64,000 nt of DNA from NCBI GenBank assembly GCA_002633005.1, contig NMRA01000485.1, positions 124,442 through 188,441 on the forward strand. Reading direction: 5' to 3'. The stretch is from Phoronis australis. Its lineage: Eukaryota; Animalia; Phoronida. The notes beneath the pieces are model-generated. The model was given only the letters and a program-made list of their open reading frames with translations. It searched no databases and was not told where the DNA came from. The position numbers and the translations under genes are program-made. This document shows, piece by piece, positions 22,658 to 35,339 of the stretch (the first letter of the stretch is position 1; every line of letters starts with the position of its first letter).

Positions 22658-25600
22658 AATTCGGATAAAATCCGTCAATGCCTCGTATACGTGTCTATGT
22701 AGGCCTACCCCTCATGTCTGTGTAGCTGTGGCATGTCGGTGAAAAACCGCTAATTAAAATGTTGGACAGATTGACTCGTCAGTTTACGTGCGACGAATAG
22801 TTGTATGGTAAAATAAAGGGAAATTCAATAGTCGACAAGCACCCCTTCAAAAGCAAATTAAACACTGGATGAAGATTGTGCTTCGTGCTCTATCGACTAT
22901 TAATGCAACTCGTAAAAGTACAGCTTGGCAACTCGTAAAATGCATTTTACTTGCATCATAAATTTTGTCTTGAATAAATGCTTTTCATTCAGTCGTAAAT
23001 TGAAAACTTAATTGATGCCAGCTAAACATAATTATGCAGCTTAAAAATGCACAATTCTCCATATTCGGCCCAAGAAGGTCACGGTAATAGCCGACACGAG
23101 TGATTGTTAGAAGAGCGGTCATCAATGAATTCATGTCTGCCATACGTCACTCAACGGCCGGCACTCACTTTGGAAATTGTTGCTTGCAGTCTGCTGCCGC
23201 AGCCAAAACTGCGGGATAGTGTAGCCGATCAGTTGTTTTTGCGGGAGCAAGGAAGGAGTAAACATGGCATTAAATTTCATCCTCAAGCGAAAGGTGAGAA
23301 CTTGTTAGCGTCCGAAAGCATTTTTATTGCTAGTTTTTCTCGATATCGATTTTGTAGCGGTTGCAGAATTGTTCGTAGACTGCACGACTGAGTGAATGGA
23401 AAGGGGAATTCGCAAGGGCGATGGGTAGCCTTTGACTACAACTTTATCATTAGATGTTGAAAAAATACGTGTGCACGTCAAAGCATGAAAGTGAGGATTA
23501 AAATCTCCTCTAACAGGCGCTATAGAAACGAAGAGCACTCAAAAACTAGTTGTGCTGTCAATGCTGTTTTCCAGTCTGCAGCGAGGCATTCTACATAGAC
23601 GGGGGAACCTCACTAAAACAAATTCTGATGTATAACAAGTTCTGTTTTACCAGTGAACGTAACAGAGGTTGCTTTTTACCAATTGCACCTGTTGAATCCA
23701 ATTTATTATTAAAGGGACGTTACGGGTAAAAAAGTAATTTCTAACCTCAGAGCGGAATCCTCCTAAAAGTTCCGCACTTGCAGCTAGCGCTCAGCTGTCG
23801 GAGCAAAATGCCACTCGCAGTAGTCAGGCAGGACATTTCAGACGTATTTAAATGGACGTCGATCTTGATTTCCGTAAAACAGACGATGGTGAGAATTGGC
23901 CATTTGTCACACCGAAATGCAAAAAACATGACCGCGGATTTGTTGCTTTATAACTACGGCCAAACCTAATAACTTCAAGAGGTCTATTTTATCCATGTAA
24001 TTATCCCAAAAGTTGTATTTCGGCCACAAAACCGATAATGATCAAAAAAGCTATAATGAGCGCGGTTTCTTACTAGCCCGCGATTTTGAGTTTGGCAAAG
24101 CTAAGCGCTTGCGCACTCGCGTGGTGGAGAACTGTGCTTAAAGTAGCGCCAAGTCTACGTATAACACGCTTCAAGGGAAATCTACATTAAAATGCAGATT
24201 TCTCTTAAAATAGCGAGTAGACCGCGAAAACAGACTTTCACATTTCCATTACGCATGCCTAGCGCCAGCTTGCATGGCTTTGGTGACGCCCAGGGCAATT
24301 TTTATGGAGTGCCCCTCTCTCTATTCAAATGCATGGACCCTACTAGGCCTACTAAGAAAAGCAGAAGTGATGAAATAATGGAAGCATTATTCAATTTAAC
24401 CACAAATCTGCCACAGTTTCAAAGGGCTTATTCACAGTCATTCGGTGGATGCCGGGGATGAAGCACAAAATGTTGGCGTGCGCGCGCAAGGCAGTAGAAA
24501 GTGTATTGTTTACATTTGTTCTGTAAAGTCAGGCGAAACATCTGCTAAGTTACCTATCTTGATGTGTCCAGACGTCAACGTTTAAATATGAGTGGATTTT
24601 TTTACGCGTGCCGAGTCATCAAGTAAGCCTAGCAAAGGGAACGACCCCACAACGGGCTCGTTCCCTGCCTTGAACTCACAGGGCCACTGATACAATGTTT
24701 TGCTTAGAAAATTTTGGGATTATGTTTACGAAAATCAAAGGTTTCGTCGACCGAATATATATTCTAGAGCAAGATTCCTCACATATAAAACGTAATATGG
24801 ATGCATTTTGAACGCAGTGTAAGTCGTAGAACCAATTGTTTTTCTAGGAAACACGTTTTGTTGGTGAACTGTTTTGTGCCTGCATTAGACGCTCTTGATG
24901 TAAACTTGAGTAGGCGAACAGCTTCTGACATTTTTAACAGGTTTCGTTGAATACATCAAAGGAACAATAACACCATCGTGAAATTGAAACATATGTACTG
25001 ACATTGTAACTAGCATCGATCTTATCTCCGTGATAACTTCATCAGTGAATTGATTTTGCACGCGTGTAAGTCAGACAAACTATCTGAGACTCTCTCGGTA
25101 AACGTTACATCAATGATTTGTAAATAAATATTCAATTTACCCCCACACAACGAAGGAACAGCAATCAAAATCTTTTTTAAAACAAAGTTTAATTATTTAC
25201 TGACGCCTGACGTTTGATGGTAAAGAAAAAGTTAAGACGCGTCTTTCCCACGGCCATAGATTTATTAAAATAGGTGTTAATTTTTCAAAAAGAAACAAAA
25301 CTCAAAAGAAACTAGCAGTTTTGAATTGTCAAAAACGTCCAAGACCGAGTAGTGTAAAAATGGCCAATCCAGATTTGCAAGGTTAGTGTAGTTGAAGTCC
25401 AGTCAAATAACTCGCACATTTAGAACTTCATAAAGCGTTTACATAGTTGACTTGTCGCAAGCTCCGCACCCTTGGGAAAAGTCGACAAATAAACAACGGG
25501 TTTTACCCGACAACGTGTTGTTTGTCGGGTAAAATGGTGGCTTGGAAACGAATATGTGTCAAGACTGATGCGTTGTGATTGCTCAGTTGAGCCGTCACTC

Positions 25601-27855
25601 CAAATCCTGGCGATAGGTCAATAGCCTTGGGTAGTAATGTCAACAAGTTATCGCTTTATACAATAGTTGCGCTTTAAAGTATCCACGAAGATTAATATTT
25701 AGCTAAGTTACGATTAACTACAAATAATATATAATCCCAACCAAATTTTTGACGATTTTTAAAAACGTAAGTCAGTTCAAATTATCAGATGCTCCTTAAC
25801 TGACGTCACGAATTTACTACCAAGTAGTAGATATTCGCATCGGTTCCCTGTGAAAAACGTTTTGTTTACCCTATCTTATTTTCTGCTACGCGAGTGCGCA
25901 CGTCCCATACGACTTTTGTGACCTGCTGGGTTAAAGCCATAATTCCAGCCGTCTCTTGACCAAATAACTCTGCTGTTGGTTAAATTTAGTACACGCGCGT
26001 TGTAAAACACCTTCAGCTAGGAATAATTTGAGGAACAATACCAGAGGTGTCCCGGATGATAACTAACCTTTCTTAAGGACGGAACTACGGGACTATAGTA
26101 GGCTGTAGGTATAGATCGTCCGACCGTTGATCTCATAGATTAGACTCCACCCACTCACCACTGAGTGACACAGGGACCCTCTGTACTAGTAAATATACTT
26201 TAACCTTTCTCTGAAAGATTGTTTGTGCATTTTGTGCAACACCGATATCTTTTAGACCCTCGGGACGTTTCATAAAGTCGACTTCATTTAAAATATGCAA
26301 ATACAAGTTTCACGTGTGTGTTGGACGACATTAAGCGCTGATTGCATACGTTGTTGCAGAGCGGTGAGCTGGAGACATAATGCCGAACACGATGTTACGA
26401 CTAAATAATCTGAGGCACGCTCGACGTGGGTCATAAATTTCACTAATTGCCTTTGATGAAAGCAGGCTAATCATAAGAATGAAGTTTGTTCATGTTTGTC
26501 ATGTGCGTATCTCTTCCTGGCACTGTTTGTTTGGAATTTTTTTCGAGCGATAATGCAGAGACTTCAGCTCTTTATTTCAAGCCTGTAATTGAAATAAATA
26601 ACTATCAAAGCCGCGATACCCTGTAATGAAATGTTCTCTCGAGAGAGCGCTGACGGTGCCGAACCGTGACTTGAACTGCGCAATTTTAATTGTCAGGTCA
26701 ACGCTCTTAAAATGTCTGGCGAAACATGATTTCGTTGCCCTGTTGTAAAGTTTGCCTGCTTGTTATGTGCGTAACCTTTGAAAAATCTGTTAAAGCTTGG
26801 TTATAGATCCCGTCAAGTGCTACTATAGAAGTAGGTGTTGCTCTCGTGTAATTCCGGATTCGCCAGTGGCGTCGTCATCGTCATCGTGATTAGTATCGTT
26901 GTTTTTCGCTCAATTTCACCAAGCGTCGCTCTCTCGCGGGGTTTCAGCGTTACGATCTAGCGCACATGCAGAAGAATTGATGTAATCTGTAAGGTTCCAG
27001 TTTGACGAGGTCACGCAAGGTCAAGTTGGTGAAATGCTAACATTTCGCGTGTTTAAAGTTCGCGACCTTACTACACTAGCAAAACGTAACGGTACAAAGA
27101 TGTTTTAATAATCGGAGACTGCTCGATCGATTCTGTGGCCACGACTTTGTAAATATAGGTTTATTAGTTTTGGGTTAATGCTCCTGTGCACTCGAATAAA
27201 ACCACATCTTCGGCTTTCGTGACCGATAATTTGGTGGAAACTTCATACACGGTTCAAGGAATCAAAATTCATTGAAGGCAGCCTGATAAAAAAGACAAGT
27301 CATTTTATTTATAGTAGGTTCAGTGAAACAAAGAACATTAGCCATAGGCTAGTACACCGACAGAGAGAGGGAGGGAGAGAATGTTGAAAATTAATATTTT
27401 CAATTGACAACCTTAGCCATTTCCCTAGGTAGACCTAGCTGTACAAAAGAGGACTGGGTAGAATGTGGACATTAATTGTTTAAAACACCAACGAGTTATT
27501 TAAACAAGTATCTAGCAGAAATGCTGCTAAGAGTCGGAAGTTATTCTGCTAGCTACGTTAGTACTAATAATTTTCGACCAAACCTTATTTGTGCGAGCTT
27601 AAAGCTACTTGGTTCCAGTCTTCTGTAAAAATGTGTATTTAAGATCAGTTACAGCTAGAAATAAAGTCTCAATTTGTTTCTTGCTCATAGTAGAAATGAT
27701 TTCTGGGCTTTGGAAGCTCATTGCTGAACGAGTGCAAGCTGGCTTGACCCGGCAGGCTATCCACTAGATGGCACAGTGCATGCAAGAATTCATACCTGTA
27801 AGCTTATCAGTCATTTACTTCGTAAGAGAGTGAAACATAGTTTTTTACATCACAT

Positions 27856-28825
27856 AAAACAGAATAATTACATGGTTGGTTGGCACAGGCCTTTCATATA
27901 GCTGAACTTGCAGTTAAGAAGCGACACATGGCGAAACTGAATGGAGATCAAATTGGAGGTCGTCGACGAAAGCAAGAGCACCAACGAATATGACGACGAC
28001 AAAGACCCCATCGATGGCGATGACAATGATAATAGTGGCGGTGCCCGGTCATCAACTCAATGACACTGACGCGTCTATAAAGAAACAAGTCTGCCAATGA
28101 AAACGCGGTGACGGGCAACCAGGGCCAACTCTGACGCCGCCTGCACCGAAGATGACAATGTCGTTGACGCCACTGCCAATGACGACAGCAACTTTCGGAC
28201 AATATCGACGAGCAGACAACACTACCAAACCTGACCGTGGAGTTGATAGTGTAAACACAGAAACCTACACCGTCACCGACGCTGGCACAACCGCGGCGAA
28301 GGACTAGAAAACATGGATGAGACGAGAATGCATCGCGAGCCCNAAACAGAATAATTACATGGTTGGTGGGCACAGGCCGCTAATAGCTGAACTTGCAGTG
28401 TTTTGAGGAGCCACACATGGCGAAACTGAATGTAGATCAAATTGGAGGTCGTCGACGAAAGCAAGAGCACCAACGAATATAACGACGACAAAGACACCAT
28501 CGATGACGATGACAATGATAATAGTGGCGGTGCTCGGTCATCAACTCAATGACACTGACGCGTCTACAAAGAAACAAGTCTGCCAATGAAAACGCGATGA
28601 CGGGCAACCAGGGCCAACTCTGACGCCGCCTGCACCGGAGATGTCGTTGACGCCACTGCCAATGACGACAGCACCTTTCGGACAATATGGAAGAGCCGAC
28701 AACACAACCAAACTCGACCGTGGAGTTGATGATGTAAACACAGGAACCTACTCCGTCACCGACGCTGGCACAACCGCGGCGAAGGACTAGAAAACATGGA
28801 TGAAACGAGAATTCATCGCGAGCCC
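27856..28825 (+). repeat. Tandem duplication of about 485 bp with an N exactly at the junction (28343)
   Basis: Both units start AAACAGAATAATTACATGGTTGGT and end CATCGCGAGCCC. Confidence 0.95.
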
Positions 28826-29575
28826 ACATCAACAACGCAGTTGGCACCGCTGCCAACACCGTTCGACAATCGAAATGCCAAATACTATTATAACGACGAC
28901 GCTGAACACAACCGTCAATGACGCCGATGTCGAAGGCAACGCCGTTGCAAACGACAGCTCCGACCCCCACAAGTCTAAGGGGGTGTCGCACATTATCACA
29001 TGCGTTCCAGGGTTTTAAAGTCATACTTTAAACAAAATATTTGTAGGTTTTTGCACTGTTTTAGCAAAAAAAAGTTTCAAGGGAAGATAAAATATTCATA
29101 TTATACATCCGGATGGGCCTTCCCGCACGGCTCCTTCTATACTCGGCAACACCGTCGAAAACACAACTGGCACTTACAGAGACACTGGCGAAGCTGGTGA
29201 TGACGCGGTTAATGAAGATCGAAACGTTGAAGTCGGGTGCGTGACTATACAAGTTTCATTTCAATCGGACGAAAAATGCTCCCTGGTGTAGCGTGTGTAA
29301 AGAGCTGCTAGATCAGTGGCCACGGGTCAATAAATCTCGGCAAACTCGAGAACAGTAAATCATAGCTAAAAACAGACGACATAACACAGATAGCTCTTGG
29401 CAAGATCTTCCCTGGACCGCTGAGCTATATATAGCTCCGCTGAATGAAATTTAGAAAAATGTCCGCCGTTCAGCGCCATCTTTGACGCAACTTCACCTAA
29501 ACAATAGGCCCGAATTTTATAAGTTATGTGTTGATTTTATGTCGATCGGACGAAAAATGTGAACTGTATCGGGAT

Positions 29576-30111
29576 TAGGGCTGCAACACCCGACATAACC
29601 GAGAACAAGAATTCAGAGCTGTCGGTTCGGTTCAAATAAGCAGACCTTTATTTCAGTTCGTTTCCAATAAGCGCTACCTACTGGTAATATATGTATTAAC
29701 CTCCCAATTAAGACCATAGTTGTTGTTGTGCGCTTGTTTCACACACTAGTTTCAAAACCTTCGTAATTGTCTAAATACTTGAATGGTTGAATATGAATTG
29801 AGAAAGATGTGTATTGTTGATCGTAGTTAATATTTAAAATTATTAGTATTTCTTTTCATTTTTGATTGTAGTTAAATTTTAGAATAAGTTCTTTTTTGTG
29901 TCTGTGTTTGATATTTTTTACAGTATTATTGTTTTTTATTACATTTTAAGAAAAGAAAATAAACTGTGTATTTTGACAGGGACACTAACAATATTCTCAC
30001 TTGATTTTCCGAAAAATACTCACACTGTTAATTTCTGGAACCGAACTGTGAGAACCGAAGCTAAAAATAAAACCGAACCGAACCGGAAGAAATGGACCTG
30101 TTGCAGCCCTA
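29576..30111. mobile_element. Non-autonomous hAT element
   Basis: TIR TAGGGCTGCAAC / GTTGCAGCCCTA, subterminal AACCG/CGGTT repeats and an AT-rich core. The 8-bp flanks are only partly matched (ATCGGGAT/ATGAAAAT). Confidence 0.8.
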
Positions 30112-31160
30112 ATGAAAATAGACCTCCAAATGACCAGCAGCGAATCAGTCAATGAAAATAACAGTCATCATGTCAGTTAATCTCGACTAATAACTCGAGA
30201 ATGGTAAGCTGGAGCGACAGGCGGGTGGCAAATAGCACTATGTGTTGTCCATCCACATACCAAATTTCATAGTCCCGTCAAGGGAAGCCGCAGATTCGGA
30301 ATGACTCGAGAAGTCGTTGCGAGGAACGAATGTCATATGTATGATAGCCCTCATTTCGCTGAAGCACTGAATTCACTTCACTAAGTTAGGTCAATTAATA
30401 TATTGGTGCCCGGTTTGTTGTGATAAATATTCAGTCAATGCACAAAATGTAGCTGTCTGTATATAAAGGTACCCCAACCTGCAGACGGACGAGGTCACAC
30501 CTTTAGCGGAATGCCGACTAGAAATATCTACACACCAACTTCCAACAGATGTCGTTGCTACAACTCCTCGAAGCGAACTTCAAAAGATGACCACCACTTT
30601 GCGATCTTTGATTCAATTGTACACTACAACAATGATCCTTGAGCTTTTAACGAGATACATGAAAGTTTGAAATGTTAACAATAATTTTGAAAGTTTTCAC
30701 CCCTTCCCCATCCCTACAAACAAACGTTTTCATGTACTCAGACATAACATGAGCACAAAAACAAATCCAAGCCTCATGCACCAAGTCCAACCAACCTTTA
30801 TAGAAATACCGATGACTTTCCTGTCTTCATACATTTTTCGCAGTGCTCTGACTAATCCAATGGGAAGTCACACTTTTATAACCTATGCTCATCAGAAAGT
30901 TACTTAACACGGGTATATAATTATCGATCAATTTGTATTTAAGCCATTTCATTAAAAAGTCCATGGACTTTTGGTGTGCCGTGATAACACAAGAAGAAAA
31001 CTTAAAGGAGAATGCCACCCGATTTAATTAGTCTTTTTTACCGTCTTAATCGATCTATATCCACATCGCCCACTTATACGGTCGACCTCATCTTGCCGAG
31101 AGGTGTCGCGTTAACTTTTGAGGAAGGTGAGAAACGACGCAGCGACGTCAGTGGTTCGTC

Positions 31161-31420
31161 GTGAATAGCGCTACATTGCGGTGCATCGTTCCCACTTGTC
31201 CGAACTATGAAGCTGCGAAAAAAGCGGATATAGCGTTTTTTCGACTTCCTCGAGAGCCCGATATGCTTAGGAAGTTGCTCGCGGTAGTGAAGAATGAAAG
31301 GTACGATGTCAATAGCAAGTATGAGGCCGTGAACCATCTCCGTGTCTGTGGCCGGCATTTCGTCGACAGTGATTTCTCTTACGAATTCCGGCTTACCAAA
31401 GAACTATCCATACGTTCCGT
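31161..31420 (+). pseudogene. Degenerate THAP (C2CH) zinc-finger domain, probably a DNA transposon relic
   Basis: RCIVPTC...IAFFRLPREP..LRKLL...LRVCGRHFVDSDF...RL fits the THAP pattern C-x4-C...F..P...W...C..HF. The conserved Trp is TTG (Leu), the AVPT box is absent or frameshifted, and there is no ATG start. Confidence 0.8.
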
Positions 31421-32078
31421 TGCCTGTGCATGTTCACGGCGCCTCTCTAGCCCTTCTTGATCGTGTGATCCGGTTCGAATTGATAGCTTGTGAAACCTAA
31501 CGATCCGACCTGTGAAGTCTTCGTCGGATGACTGGCACTTGACTAAGTCGGGATTGGAGCCGGGCGAGTTGCCATGTAGACGTTCATTATTCTGCGTTGT
31601 GTTTCAAAATGAATTATTCTCATCCTAACCAATGCTTTTATAAAACTGAATAAACAAAGTCTGTCTCAATAGATACAATTTGTAATGCCTTGGAGTGTTC
31701 GTGAGTGCAAATGTGGAGAAGCCAGCAACGGAATAAACCACTGCGTTTGCTTTTGATACCGGCAATAAAGGTAATTGACCGAGCACCGAGGCCGTGTAAG
31801 CGCATGCTAATTCAGTGTTAGCTGACAGAAAGCTGTTGTGAAATAATTACTCGATTTTATATGCTATGGTCACATGTTAGGGGAATCTTTATTTAGAAAT
31901 GCAAATACACTATTGAAATCATTGTTACTGTACAACCTTTGCCCTGACGCCGGGTCTGTGGAATGGGAACCCCCGGCGACTTCGCGGCTTCCGATAAGTA
32001 AGTAGATTTTCAGTTTCGTGAATAATTCACATAAATAATTACGGGCACATTATTTCTTTGGCTGGTTTAAGTTCGCGG

Positions 32079-32186
32079 CGGCCGCGACGGGCCTGACCGG
32101 GTTCAGTCCGAGCCACTGGCTGGGATAACGACGTCAGTCCGGCCGTGACGGGCCTGATCGGGTTCCAAGCCACTGGCCGGGATAAC
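32079..32186 (+). repeat. GC-rich ~50-bp direct repeat x2 (period ~61 bp)
   Basis: CGGCCG(C/T)GACGGGCCTGA(C/T)CGGGTTC...AGCCACTGGC(T/C)GGGATAAC occurs twice. Confidence 0.9.
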
Positions 32187-34070
32187 AAGCGTTTTGTGTG
32201 TTTAGAACTCTCAAAAATTCAACAAGTCTAAACAACTAGGTTCTCCTGTCTGTATTTCACGAAAGAATACTTCGAATTTATCTCCGAACAGACCCCAAAC
32301 TCCTGCTACGGACCTTGGTAAATTGGCCTGCCGAACTTTGTAGGGTACGGTGTGTCCAAATACCAACAAGTCCGTAACAGCGAAATAAAACAACACGTTT
32401 TTATAAGAACTCGGTGTATTTTTAAGGGTTTTACATCGAAGTTTAATGATTTATTGGTGTTAAACGATGAATTCAAGCGATAAGCTGACATCAGTAACCC
32501 GTGTTGTCACGGTGAACTGCTGAAGAGACTGCGTGTGAAACCAATTACGTCCGGTCATTGGATAATTTCAACACCTCCGTCTGCCGTCAGGTGTCAGGTA
32601 ACGCAACCTGACGTGCCGTTATCGAGTAGAACTACTCGATCTAAACTGATACAAAATAGGTTGTTTTTTGGGTGGCATTCTCCCTTAAATAATTTGAATT
32701 TGATCCGACACCAAGTTGTTTAGAACTGTTAGAAAATGAATACAAACCACTTCAAGAATTGATTAGCTGATCAAGTGAATTCATCACTTCATTAATTGAC
32801 TGAAGTAATTAGTTTTAATATTATTGAGAGCATGCCATGTTTGGTATCAAACTTTGACCTGCGAGACCCTGAATCTTTAGGACTGCACAAAGTAGGCCTA
32901 TCTCATATTGTGCATTTTGTATTTCTGGTTGAACAAATTGCGTTCCAACCAACGTCATGTCTGTCTCTATGCCTATTTCTCTACGAGTGTCCGTCTCTCT
33001 GAAAATGCATGAAGTACGGTCAATGGTAAGGGTTTCACCTGAGAATGGGCAGGGGCTCTATCCCCAGTCCACGGGTAATGCGGTGAACCAGACTATGGGA
33101 CTGCTAGTGCTACAAACTAGAACATTAACTATGACCTTCCTGCAAACATTCTTTTTTCTTTATTGAAACAAATCTTAATTTCTTTTGAAATGAAATATAA
33201 CCAAACATGACCTATCGCCAGTAGATAAACAAATACCAAAGTGCAGCGAAATACGTAACCATAATCAAACGCAAACTTTTAATGCGGTCGAAGCAGACGT
33301 CCAACAGGGGTTGCACAACCGGATGTGCCAAAACAATAACAAACTAACTAATAACTGTCGTATAATAACGGCAACGAAGTGGCTTAAATCAAATCTTGTG
33401 TTTTTATAGAAACAGTTCGGGATTCGAATGCCGCTTTAACACTGGTGTTAGCTGTTGCACGGGAGTTCTGTTCCGGGGGAGCTCACATGAGCATGTACTG
33501 TACTATGTTGACGGAGCTGTGCCACCCTTCGAACAGTTATAGGGAGACAGAGGAACAAAGGGAAGCGCGAGACAGTTGAGGATCTTTTGTAGTTAGCTCA
33601 TTTTAAATGGCAGTAAACTGGCTTAGCAAAATATTAAACACCTACTAAAATTCTGCTGTAAAACAATACCAAAACCAACCCGTCTGATCGGCACGACTCA
33701 CATGTGCACCTCACAATCACGGCTTCGTGGTTCTGTTCTGTTAATGCAATTAGTCTCCAAAATGGTGTTGTGCAAGAGACTGTAAGTTCTAAGAAAAGGA
33801 AATTCTTGACTTGATAAATGGGAATTTCCTTTAAACTAATGTTTTGGTCGAACCAAAACTGCGTGTTAACCGGTTATTAACACTATTCTTGTTGAAAGTG
33901 ATACACCGAGGCCTGCACGCGGAGCAGAGGTAGGGCATTAGCTTGCACTTAACTCCTAAAAAATCTATTCAAAAGATTGAAATCTATGGGAACTTGTGCT
34001 GTAAAGACGAGCAATATACTTATGATTCATTCCAAAAACTGTTTTCATTGAAGATTACTACCATGAATGT

Positions 34071-34231
34071 CATGGGCGGATCCAGAATTTTGAGTTAGGG
34101 GGGGCCAGGGCAGAGTATTAGCCAGGATTTTGCCTGTCAGACATTGGCACTCCCGAACTGCCCAATGGAATCTTGGAGAACTTTAGGGGGGGGGGCATGG
34201 CCCCCTTGGCCCCCCTCTAAATCCGCCACTG
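34071..34231 (+). mobile_element. MITE family A copy
   Basis: CATGGGCGGATCC...AATCCGCCACTG; flanks AATGT/AATTT. Confidence 0.85.
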
Positions 34232-35280
34232 AATTTAATGCAGAAGTTATGACTGGCAGATGCAACACAGGCGTCGCGAACCAATGTTTCAAAAACCGGA
34301 AGCCTTTTGTTTTCTCTGTCACGTAGCGCCTCCTTGTATATGATGCAATGACGTACATTGACACACATTACAGGTTTTGTGACATTTAGAAATTAGGCCG
34401 GATTAAGCCTCATCAGAAATCTATTAGTAATTAAAATTCCTGGAAATGCTTTCCTCAATAAATAAATACTCTGAGACCAGTAATATCCTTATTTGCTTAC
34501 ACCAGAGCCTTATTTTTGTGCATCAATACCACTATCTTAAAGTCTCTATATTTCAACCCAGAACGACAAGAAACTGTCACACCAACGTGTCTGACGGGCG
34601 GAGATTGTTTATTTCATATTGCGATGCACTGATGTACTTGATTATAACAGAAAGTAGTTAAAGGGGCAAAAAACCTGCGTTAACTTTTTACCGCTATAGA
34701 GTTGGGACTCATGTGAGCAATAATTATTGATCTTGCTGAGAACAAACAGTTGGTTAGTTCTCGAGACATTACAGGGCGAATCCATTGGCAAGCTGTGAGA
34801 AGACAACTTGTAGAGCCGGAACTCAGGAGGCTGTTAATTCTTTGGAAGACCTGGATAAAGTTCAGTGGGTGTCTTGCGACGAGAAAATCTAGCTAAAATC
34901 ACGTGCTCTCATAGTGCACAACAATATCTCGCGTAATCTCGCGAAGTCTTGCGTTTCTAGCGAGGTCCTAGGTTTACTGAACTCTACCCAGAAGTCAATC
35001 CCAACTTTATTAAGAACAAATTCGAGGCTAATTAAATAACGTTAAGTAGTCAAAATTATATTTTGTTTTTTGTGATGGTAGGTGGTCTTGTAGGAGCTTT
35101 CATTGAGAAACACTAGGTTGTCATTTCGGATAGTTTGAAAAGAAATCTTTTCGACATTGCAGAAGATGCCTCCTCCGGGTTTGAAAATTTCTCGGCCACC
35201 ATAATACAATTTTGAACGCGCATTTTAATTTTTCGTCAAGGTCCCTGTGATTGGCAACACTCCCGATATTTTTAATTTCA

Positions 35281-35338
35281 TGTATGTATGTATGTATGTA
35301 TGTATGTATCTATTTATGTATCTATGTATGTATGTGTA
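35281..35338. repeat. (TGTA)n microsatellite at the LINE 3' end
   Basis: Direct reading of the sequence. Confidence 0.95.
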
Positions 35339-35339
35339 T

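Noticed and set aside
27948-29024. Minus-strand 141-aa and 195-aa ORFs
   Set aside because: Antisense shadows of a low-complexity GAC/AAC-rich tract; one spans an N.
32519-32545. CTGAAGA...GAAAC hammerhead-like motif
   Set aside because: Helix II does not pair.
34385-34420. Minus-strand CTGATGA-GGC...GCC hammerhead-like motif
   Set aside because: GAAA is replaced by TAAT and there is no convincing helix I or III.
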